From a virus (lineage: Duplodnaviria > Caudoviricetes), in IMG/VR virus record IMGVR_UViG_3300042987_000420, positions 1 through 26,645 of that record: a stretch of DNA of 26,645 nt, one strand, 5' to 3'. Of the stretch, positions 10,609 to 17,643 are shown one piece after another. The notes below the pieces were generated by a model. The model worked only from the letters and a program-made list of their open reading frames with translations. It searched no databases and was not told where the DNA came from. Position numbers and translations under genes: made by a program. The number at the start of each line of letters is the position of its first letter. The stretch's first letter is position 1.

Positions 10609-11972
10609 TGCCTGCTAAGAAACCAGCGCCAAAACCTAAGAACACAGGTGGCAATACTGTACCAGTTACAAGTAGACCATTTGGCGGTAAGTCAATTATT
10701 CCACCAAAGCCTAAACCAACTCCTACTCCTGTAAAAAAAACAGCAAGTAAGCCAACATCACCTAATCTTGGCAATAGACCGTTAGGTGGAAACTTTGATG
10801 TAGCTAAATGGCGTGCTGGCGAATCTAAAGATTTACCAAAAATTACTACTCCTAGACCAAATGTTGGCACGGTTCCAAACACTCCGTTTACTCCAACAAC
10901 ACCAGCTACTACAACACCAAGCACATCATGGGCTTTTCCAAGCACATCTCAATACGACCCAGGGTATGGCAACAATCCAGTAAGCGGTGATGTTTCATCG
11001 GTATACCCAACTGGTAGAGATACATTATCGATGGCTCAGCTTCAAGCTCAGTTTGGTATTGCTGCTGCCGTATTAGCTAACAACCCAAGTTTGGTTGAAG
11101 CGCTCAATAAGATTCTTGGTGTCGGTGGTGGACCAATGATTACTGACCCTGCATTGCAGGAAGCAATCATCAAAGGTACATCTTGGTATCGTGACCAGAC
11201 TGATACTCAACGTACATACGATTATTTCAAAGCAACTAACCCTGGTCAGTTTGCTGCAGACCTACAAAAGAACGCAAGCAATATTGTCAAGCAATATGCT
11301 TCTATGGGTCTTAACCTTACAGCACAACAGGCTATTGAATATGCCGAGAATATGATGAAGCAAGTAGTCATCAAAGATGGCAAGGTTGTTAGATTCGACC
11401 AAGATTATCTAAATAAATTAATGGCTGACTCAATTAAGTTTGAGAAAACAGGAACTATTGATGGTCGAGTTACGTATAATGGCTTAGCTGGCAAGTTAGA
11501 AACTATGGCTAGCGAGCTGTATAAGCGAGCATGGGACTATGGATTCCCACAGACAATGTCAAATGAGGCATTTGGTCAGTGGTTTGAGGGAAACATTAGA
11601 GGTCTTGTTGCTGGCACTACCAACCCAGAAGATGTAGATAACCTACTTCAAGAACGCGCAAAGTCATTTGCGCCTGGTCTGGCTAAGTTTATCGACCAAG
11701 GTCAGACTCTTCGTCAAGCTGCTAACCCATGGCTCAATGCAGTTGCTATGACATGGGAAGTAGACCCAGATTCTCTTGACCTAAATAATGATTATGTTCA
11801 GCGAGCAATTAATGCCCAAGATGAAAAGGGCAACTTCACAACCATGAATCTTTATGACACAAAGAAGTTAGCTCGCCGTAATAAAGATATGTTTGATAGA
11901 ACGCAACAAGCAAAAGAAGAGAAGACTGGAATTGCTCAAGCAATTCTCCGTGACTTTGGATACTTGGGGTAA
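10608..11972 (+). CDS. Probable internal virion protein, P/K/T-rich N-terminus
   Basis: 454 aa with a TAATG overlap. Disordered N-terminus followed by a helical-looking domain. Confidence 0.6.
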   Translation: MPAKKPAPKPKNTGGNTVPVTSRPFGGKSIIPPKPKPTPTPVKKTASKPTSPNLGNRPLGGNFDVAKWRAGESKDLPKITTPRPNVGTVPNTPFTPTTPATTTPSTSWAFPSTSQYDPGYGNNPVSGDVSSVYPTGRDTLSMAQLQAQFGIAAAVLANNPSLVEALNKILGVGGGPMITDPALQEAIIKGTSWYRDQTDTQRTYDYFKATNPGQFAADLQKNASNIVKQYASMGLNLTAQQAIEYAENMMKQVVIKDGKVVRFDQDYLNKLMADSIKFEKTGTIDGRVTYNGLAGKLETMASELYKRAWDYGFPQTMSNEAFGQWFEGNIRGLVAGTTNPEDVDNLLQERAKSFAPGLAKFIDQGQTLRQAANPWLNAVAMTWEVDPDSLDLNNDYVQRAINAQDEKGNFTTMNLYDTKKLARRNKDMFDRTQQAKEEKTGIAQAILRDFGYLG

Positions 11973-11976
11973 ATAA

Positions 11977-13641
11977 ATGCCGATATATGACAGAATGATG
12001 ATTGATGGTGGGGGCGATAGCTTCTACTCTGCAGTGCAAGACGTGCAGACTACTGTCAGTGGCAAGCCAGCTGGAGCAACTGAAAAAGAACAGAATGCTG
12101 CTGCTGCCAAAGCTGCAAAGATTGACCAGATAGATGAACAAGCTCAAGCTGCTGCTAAAGCTGCACAATCAACTGGCACAACCCAAACATCTAAAGATGA
12201 AAAAGATTACGATATAGCAACAGACCCTTATTACATGAGGGACCCAATTACTGGTTTATCTCCAGCACAAGTAGAAGCGCTCCAAGCGCAAAAAGATGCT
12301 GCTACTGCTAAAGCTGAAGCTATTGCCGAATACTATAGATTACAAGAAGAGGCAGCTGCTGCTGCCAAAGCAAAAGGTGACGGTACTGGAGATGACGGTA
12401 CTGGCGATGATGGCACTGGAGATACTGGCGCTGGTGATACTGGTACTGGAAATACAGGAACTGGCAATAAAAGTGCTGGCACAGATACAACCATAACTGG
12501 TACTAATGTTGGCGCAGGCGCTGGTGGTAAAGGTCCAGTCGATGCAGCGCAACAAGCAATCCTTGACCAAATCAAAGCGCTTACAGAACAGTTAGCAAAA
12601 CAGCAAGAACTTGCTGCAGCTGAGGCTGCTAAGCCAAAAGTTGTTGGAACTCGCACAGTCCGTAAAACTGGTGGCGTTGTTGACGTTGTTGAAGTTATGT
12701 CAGATGGTTCAACTGGTAAAACTATTGAATCATATAAAGACTTTGGCGCTCGTGACTCAGTAATGAAGATGTTTGAGAATACTGGTCTTGGTGATGACTT
12801 TATCAAATCATTAATGGATACTGTAGATAAAGTTTATGAAGACAATATTATGCCAACTGAGGCACAGGTTCTTAATAGTATCTATACAAGCGACGCATAT
12901 AAAACAAGATTTGCTGCTAATGAGATTATTAGAAAGCGTATGGCAGAAGGCAAGGGATTGCCAGGAGATAGACTTCTCAAGCCAGCAGAATATATCCAGA
13001 CAGAAAATGCATACAAAGAGATTATGTCTGAGGCTGGTCTACCTAGTTATTTCTATGACCAACAAGAAGACTTTACTAAGTTAATTGGTGAGCTTGGAAC
13101 TTCAGTTGCTGAGGTTAGCGAGCGTGTCAACATAGCAAAGCGTGCTTTGCAAGACGCAGACCAGAACATTAAAGATGCTTTGAAATCATATTATGGTTGG
13201 TCGGAAGGCGACATGGTCGCCTATCTGCTTGACCCAGAGAAAGCATTCCGAGCAATTGACTCTAGGTTTACATACACCACACCAGAACTACAGCGCCGTT
13301 ACAGTGTTGCTGAAATTGGTGGCGCAGCTACACGTGCTGGCATGACTGGTATCACTGAAAAATTCGGTGAGGAAATCCGAGCAGCAGGTAAGGCTGATGC
13401 AGCAGAACGCGCCTTCCAAGGCGCAGCTCGTGACCAAGAAGATTACCGTCGTTTGATGGGTCTATATGGCGAAACAGCTGGCACAGAAGACTTAGCTCGT
13501 GAAGCACTAGCGCTTGCTGGTGGAGCAGAAGTTGGTATCAAGACCAAGAAGCTTGCATCTAAAGAACGCGCTAAGTTCCAGCAACGCAGCGCTATTGACA
13601 AGACATCGTTGGGTTCAAGACTAAGAAGCCCTGACGTTTAA
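11977..13641 (+). CDS. Probable internal virion protein with xxG(T/A)G repeats
   Basis: 554 aa with Ala/Gln-rich helical segments. Last gene of the block before the scaffold. Confidence 0.55.
   Translation: MPIYDRMMIDGGGDSFYSAVQDVQTTVSGKPAGATEKEQNAAAAKAAKIDQIDEQAQAAAKAAQSTGTTQTSKDEKDYDIATDPYYMRDPITGLSPAQVEALQAQKDAATAKAEAIAEYYRLQEEAAAAAKAKGDGTGDDGTGDDGTGDTGAGDTGTGNTGTGNKSAGTDTTITGTNVGAGAGGKGPVDAAQQAILDQIKALTEQLAKQQELAAAEAAKPKVVGTRTVRKTGGVVDVVEVMSDGSTGKTIESYKDFGARDSVMKMFENTGLGDDFIKSLMDTVDKVYEDNIMPTEAQVLNSIYTSDAYKTRFAANEIIRKRMAEGKGLPGDRLLKPAEYIQTENAYKEIMSEAGLPSYFYDQQEDFTKLIGELGTSVAEVSERVNIAKRALQDADQNIKDALKSYYGWSEGDMVAYLLDPEKAFRAIDSRFTYTTPELQRRYSVAEIGGAATRAGMTGITEKFGEEIRAAGKADAAERAFQGAARDQEDYRRLMGLYGETAGTEDLAREALALAGGAEVGIKTKKLASKERAKFQQRSAIDKTSLGSRLRSPDV
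12376..12465 (+). repeat. Six degenerate 15-nt coding tandem repeats
   Basis: Encodes GDGTG-DDGTG-DDGTG-DTGAG-DTGTG-NTGTG. Confidence 0.9.
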
Positions 13642-13649
13642 TAAGAATC

Positions 13650-13758
13650 CGTCCCAGACCGTCCAGCCCTGGTGATGTGTATAAGTCTGGAAGTCATCAC
13701 GTCTACGAATCAGTACCCCTGCTGAGGAGTACGTGTGGTGCAGAACCCGAAGAGGGTT
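13650..13758 (+). ncRNA. Candidate structured leader RNA upstream of scaffold/capsid
   Basis: The longest non-coding gap in the window. It holds several complementary segments: a pseudoknot-capable 5' part and two hairpins (13713-13732, 13744-13758). Family not recognised. Confidence 0.5.
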
Positions 13759-13781
13759 TAACTACTAATAAGGGAGAAACA

Positions 13782-14234
13782 ATGGCTGAAGAATACAACG
13801 AGTACGAAATGGAAGATGAAGACTACGGCAGCGGAACTGACCTAGTTAAGAAACTTCGCAAGCAAATCGATGCGCTCCAGAAGCAAGTTAAGGAACGCGA
13901 TGAAATTCTTGCAGAGTACACAACACTAAGTCACGAAGCATCTGTAGGGGAAATCTTGGAAAGTTTCGGACTCAATCCACGAATTGCTCAATTCATCCCA
14001 GATGATATTGAAGCAGATGAGGATGCTGTAGCCGAATGGCTAAACGAATACGGTGAGGCTTTCGGTATTGAAGCCGTTGAAGAAGAGGGGACACCGTCCC
14101 CCGATGCTCAAGCATTTGAGCAAATGTCAGGCTTTGATGATGGAGAAGTTGACCCATACGTGGGCAACGACTTAGCTTCGCGAATTGCGAATGCTGGTTC
14201 TCCAGAGGAGTTATCAAAACTACTCAAAGGCTGA
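13782..14234 (+). CDS. Capsid scaffolding protein
   Basis: AAGGGAG SD before ATG 13782. 150 aa, very acidic, with a coiled coil (LVKKLRKQIDALQKQVKERDEIL), directly upstream of the capsid gene. Confidence 0.75.
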   Translation: MAEEYNEYEMEDEDYGSGTDLVKKLRKQIDALQKQVKERDEILAEYTTLSHEASVGEILESFGLNPRIAQFIPDDIEADEDAVAEWLNEYGEAFGIEAVEEEGTPSPDAQAFEQMSGFDDGEVDPYVGNDLASRIANAGSPEELSKLLKG

Positions 14235-14268
14235 CACGTCCACAAGTCAACCTAATTAGAAGGAAATC

Positions 14269-15246
14269 ATGCCTACTACACCCGCAACATCAACTACGAC
14301 ATCAACGATGTCGAACTTGATTCAGACGGCGTATGACAAGTACATTGAGTTTAACCTTCGCTCTGAGCCAATGTTCCGTAAGTTTGCGGACAAGCGCCCA
14401 GTCGATGTGACAAACCCAGGTAACACCGTCGTCTTCCAGGTCTACAAGGACCTATCACGTGCGACAACCGCACTAACCCAGACACAGGACCCAGACGCAG
14501 TAACACTCAACAACACTGACAAGGTCAACGTTGTTGTAGATGAGTACGGCAATGCCGTAATCACAACTGAGCGTTTGGCTCTTGAGTCAATCTCAGCTAT
14601 CGACCCAGCTGTTGCAGACATGTTGTCATTCAACATGCGTGACTCTCTTGACTCTCTAGTCTGGAGCAAGCTCACCTCTCTTGCAACAATGCGTTATACA
14701 GGTACAACCTCTGCTGATGAAACAACCATCAACGGTGAGAACGTATCTTCAAGCACCACAGCTCCATACATCTCTGCAGCTCTTGCTCGTAAGGGTGTTG
14801 CAAAGCTACGCGGTGCATCTGTACAACCACGTGAAGGTGGCTTCTATACAGCGCTTATCCACCCAGATGTATCTTTCGACCTACGTTCGGAAGCAGCAAC
14901 TGCTGGAAACGTTTCATGGCAGCTCCCACACACCTACACTGAGGCTGGCGTAGCTAACCTCTGGAATGGTGAAATCGGTATCTACGACCAGGTTCGTTAT
15001 ATCGAAACCCCACGTGCAGAATCCATTTCTGGTTCTGGTACTTCAAAGGTATACGCAACAGTTCTTCTCGGAAAGCAGGCTCTTGTTGAGGCTGTTTCTT
15101 ACGAGCCAAAGACTGTTATCGGTCCTGTAACTGACAAGTTGATGCGCTTCCGCCCAGCAGGTTGGAAGGGTCTACTCGGATGGAACGTCTACCGCAAGGA
15201 AGCACGTTACGTCATTCAGACCAAGTCAAGCATCGCAACTGCGTAG
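14269..15246 (+). CDS. Major capsid protein (HK97 fold, N4-gp56-like)
   Basis: 325 aa. Contains PGNTVVF, DEYGNAV, YTALIHPDVSFDLR, GEIGIYDQVRYIETP and DKLMRFRPAGWKG. AAGGA SD and a downstream hairpin. Confidence 0.9.
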   Translation: MPTTPATSTTTSTMSNLIQTAYDKYIEFNLRSEPMFRKFADKRPVDVTNPGNTVVFQVYKDLSRATTALTQTQDPDAVTLNNTDKVNVVVDEYGNAVITTERLALESISAIDPAVADMLSFNMRDSLDSLVWSKLTSLATMRYTGTTSADETTINGENVSSSTTAPYISAALARKGVAKLRGASVQPREGGFYTALIHPDVSFDLRSEAATAGNVSWQLPHTYTEAGVANLWNGEIGIYDQVRYIETPRAESISGSGTSKVYATVLLGKQALVEAVSYEPKTVIGPVTDKLMRFRPAGWKGLLGWNVYRKEARYVIQTKSSIATA

Positions 15247-15256
15247 TTTACTTAGT

Positions 15257-15282
15257 AGAGGGGGCGGGCAACCGCCCCTTCT
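15257..15282 (+). terminator. Stem-loop after the capsid gene (partial terminator or mRNA stabiliser)
   Basis: AGAGGGGGCGG-GCAA-CCGCCCCTTCT: an 11-bp stem (one G-U) with a GNRA loop and no long U-tract. Confidence 0.75.
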
Positions 15283-15297
15283 CATGTAAGGAGTTAA

Positions 15298-15498
15298 ATG
15301 GCAAAGAAGAAAAAGGCTGAAGAGTTACCACTTGATTTCTTCACGCCATTAGAAGAGTACGCAATACAAGCACACGAGTTATACAACTCGTTTGCTTCGG
15401 CAGGTTTTACAGAAGGTGAAGCGTGGGAACTCATGGTCCGTCACCTTCCTGATTGGGAACTAGATGAACCAGAGTTCATGGAAAAGGATACAGAATAA
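15298..15498 (+). CDS. 66-aa protein, basic N-terminus and acidic body
   Basis: AAGGAG SD. Helical hairpin-like ELYNSFASAGFTEGEAWEL. Confidence 0.8.
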   Translation: MAKKKKAEELPLDFFTPLEEYAIQAHELYNSFASAGFTEGEAWELMVRHLPDWELDEPEFMEKDTE

Positions 15499-15626
15499 TG
15501 TCAGTAAAAGGTGAAAAATATAAATCACTTAAGGCAATGAAGAAGCACGAAAAGACAGAAGGTGCTAAAGAACGCAAGATGGAATATGGCGTTAAGAAGC
15601 CTAAGTTGAAAAAGAAAGGTAAGTAA
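15498..15626 (+). CDS. 42-aa Lys-rich protein (not in ORF track)
   Basis: TAATG overlap and AAGGA upstream. Translates as MSVKGEKYKSLKAMKKHEKTEGAKERKMEYGVKKPKLKKKGK. Confidence 0.75.
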   Translation: MSVKGEKYKSLKAMKKHEKTEGAKERKMEYGVKKPKLKKKGK

Positions 15627-15627
15627 C

Positions 15628-15678
15628 ATGCCAGCAAAAAAGTGCAAGAAGTGTGGCAAAGCGAAGTGCAAGTGCTGA
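15628..15678 (+). CDS. 16-aa Lys/Cys micro-protein (not in ORF track)
   Basis: MPAKKCKKCGKAKCKC, with 1-nt gaps to both neighbouring genes and AAGGT upstream. Confidence 0.6.
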   Translation: MPAKKCKKCGKAKCKC

Positions 15679-15679
15679 T

Positions 15680-15850
15680 ATGCCAAAGAAATCAGTAAAA
15701 GCAGTAATGCGTGAATTTAAGGCTGGCGGATTACATTCAGGCAAAGGCGGACCTGTAGTAAAGAATCCTAAGCAAGCAGTTGCTATTGCTTTGTCTATGA
15801 CAGGAAAAGCTAAGCCAAAGGTAAAGCGCCCTAAAGTAAAGAAGAAGTAA
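15680..15850 (+). CDS. 56-aa basic protein, DUF6496-like
   Basis: VMREFKAGGLHSGKGGPVVKNPKQAVAIALS resembles the DUF6496 pattern as I recall it. ATG 15680 is preferred over GTG 15653. Confidence 0.7.
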   Translation: MPKKSVKAVMREFKAGGLHSGKGGPVVKNPKQAVAIALSMTGKAKPKVKRPKVKKK

Positions 15851-16029
15851 TGTCATCGGGTAAGTACAAGTCACACCATGGCTTTAACCCAATACAGATT
15901 AAGGATGGCATGGTGGTACGCCTCCGAAAAGATGGACGAATCCAATCGGTACTAGGAAAAGTTGGAGAGTATAAAAAGAATGGACCCAAGACTAAAGAGG
16001 GCAGGGGTAGCGGGCTACAACAAGCCTAA
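15850..16029 (+). CDS. 59-aa basic protein (not in ORF track)
   Basis: TAATG overlap. Translates as MSSGKYKSHHGFNPIQIKDGMVVRLRKDGRIQSVLGKVGEYKKNGPKTKEGRGSGLQQA and overlaps the next gene by 50 nt. Confidence 0.65.
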   Translation: MSSGKYKSHHGFNPIQIKDGMVVRLRKDGRIQSVLGKVGEYKKNGPKTKEGRGSGLQQA

Positions 16030-16255
16030 GCGCACTCCGAACCATCCGACTAAATCTCATGTGGTTGTAGCCAAGTCTGGCTCACAAGTAAAGACTATTC
16101 GCTTTGGTCAACAAGGCGTTAGTGGTTCACCACAAAAAGCAGGCGAAGGCAAAGCCTATCGCCAGCGTCGTCAATCTTTTAAGGCTCGCCATGCCAAGAA
16201 CATTGCCAAGGGAGCCATGTCAGCAGCGTACTGGGCAGACAAGGTGAAATGGTAA
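15980..16255 (+). CDS. 91-aa basic viral hypothetical protein
   Basis: GGAG upstream of ATG 15980. Motifs KTIRFGQQG, RRQSFKARH and SAAYWADKVKW. Confidence 0.8.
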   Translation: MDPRLKRAGVAGYNKPKRTPNHPTKSHVVVAKSGSQVKTIRFGQQGVSGSPQKAGEGKAYRQRRQSFKARHAKNIAKGAMSAAYWADKVKW

Positions 16256-16512
16256 TGACGAAGATATTTCGTGGACCAACCATGAGAATCAAACTTGGTA
16301 TGCAAAATGACCTTTGGTTTGTTTCATATCCGTGGGGCAAGACAGTTGTTAAAAGCACCAGTGGCACTTGGTCAACAATTGTTTCACCACAAGACAGCTC
16401 GCTTGCTGACTATGCACGAGTATTGCGTGGCGGTTATGACAATCCAATTACAGATGCAGAAGCAGCAGAGTTAACTGCTGCTGGATATGGTGAATACATT
16501 GTCGAAGTGTAG
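16255..16512 (+). CDS. 85-aa hypothetical protein, possibly virion-associated
   Basis: TAATG overlap gives the start at 16255. Ends GGYDNPITDAEAAELTAAGYGEYIVEV. Confidence 0.7.
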   Translation: MTKIFRGPTMRIKLGMQNDLWFVSYPWGKTVVKSTSGTWSTIVSPQDSSLADYARVLRGGYDNPITDAEAAELTAAGYGEYIVEV

Positions 16513-16741
16513 AAGTGGATGCAAGACCCAAGACCATGAGTCATGGGGTGAATGCCTAAGAGCATCAAATATTGCTATCAGTAATGAACCAGTCGCTGCT
16601 GCTATTAAGAATACAGACAAAGAATTAAGTGCATACCGTGACGCTCGCAAGCTTGGTATACAGCCAGCGTCAACCAAAATGAGAGATATACAAAAGGCAG
16701 TCAGAGTATCTGACACTATCGGAAGGGCAGCGAAAGCATAA
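16499..16741 (+). CDS. About 80-aa protein with a Cys/His cluster
   Basis: CRSGCKTQDHESWGEC. Start is TTG 16499 (GGTGA upstream) or ATG 16487. The stop overlaps the next ATG. Confidence 0.7.
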   Translation: MSKCRSGCKTQDHESWGECLRASNIAISNEPVAAAIKNTDKELSAYRDARKLGIQPASTKMRDIQKAVRVSDTIGRAAKA

Positions 16742-17640
16742 TGGCAACGCTAAACCAACTGACCGAGCAGACCATTGCTGAAATCAATTCCTATGTGAAG
16801 AACCAGGAATCGGTCACAATCATCACAAGCGCAATTTCATCTAGCGCTGTTACCATCTCCGTAGATGATGTCACTTCACTAAGCAAAGGTATAGTCGAGA
16901 TTGATGATGAATTGCTTTACGCTAAGAAAGCAATTGCAGCCAGCGGTACTATTCAAATCCTTGGCACTGAAGGTAATCCAGTAGGACGTGGTTGGCGTGG
17001 TACAACAGCAACAAGCCATCCATCTGGTTCAGTAGTACGCAACAATCCAATTTTCCCGCGGACTCAGGTCAAGCGGGCTATCCTAGAAACAATCAAGGGA
17101 ATGAACTTTCCTTGCATTGCTAATGAAACATTTACTTTTAACGGCTCTGATTATTCATACATCATGCCAGACTCGCTAGTAGATATTACTGGCATCTCAT
17201 GGGATGTACCAGACTCAACTGGCGTATGGCAGATAATCAAAGGCTGGAGATTAGATACCAACTATTACGACCCAACAACAGCAACAACCAAACAAGCTTT
17301 GGTACTAAAAGAATCACCAATGCCTGGTCGTGATGTGCGTGTTCAGTATACAAAGTACCCAAGCACAATCACAGATAATCAAGAATTAACAGTGTCAGGG
17401 CTGCCATCTTCTTGCGAAGATGTTGTACGTCTTGGTGCTATGTATCGCCTATTGTCAACAGTAGACCCTGGAAAGGTCAGTGCTGTATCGGTATCTGCTG
17501 ATGCGCTCGACCAACCAGTTCAAGCTGGAGCATCAACCACTGCTGCAAAGTATATCTTCCAGTTATACACAGTACGACTATCCGAAGAAATTGCAAAGCA
17601 GCAAGCAAACTTCCTAAACACCATACAGTATACGAGGTAA
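16741..17640 (+). CDS. Probable head-to-tail adaptor / tail tubular protein A-like
   Basis: 299 aa, starts MATLNQL, with a helical C-terminus (LPSSCEDVVRLGAMYRLL). It is the first large gene after the capsid. An internal RGWRGTTATSHPSGSVV module resembles RGEDGSTSKSHSIGATV in the next gene. Confidence 0.6.
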   Translation: MATLNQLTEQTIAEINSYVKNQESVTIITSAISSSAVTISVDDVTSLSKGIVEIDDELLYAKKAIAASGTIQILGTEGNPVGRGWRGTTATSHPSGSVVRNNPIFPRTQVKRAILETIKGMNFPCIANETFTFNGSDYSYIMPDSLVDITGISWDVPDSTGVWQIIKGWRLDTNYYDPTTATTKQALVLKESPMPGRDVRVQYTKYPSTITDNQELTVSGLPSSCEDVVRLGAMYRLLSTVDPGKVSAVSVSADALDQPVQAGASTTAAKYIFQLYTVRLSEEIAKQQANFLNTIQYTR

Positions 17641-17643
17641 TAA

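Noticed and set aside
13722-13760. Hammerhead-like CTGAGGA followed by a GTAC/GTGC stem and a further hairpin
   Set aside because: The core after stem II reads AGAA rather than GAAA, and no convincing stem I partner exists. Not called as a ribozyme.
13677-13781. 35-aa N-terminal extension of the scaffold shown in the ORF track
   Set aside because: A strong SD precedes ATG 13782, and the upstream part looks like structured non-coding sequence.
15244-15258. Capsid stop read-through or frameshift extension
   Set aside because: The TAG is followed by two more in-frame TAG codons within 12 nt, and no slippery heptamer is evident.
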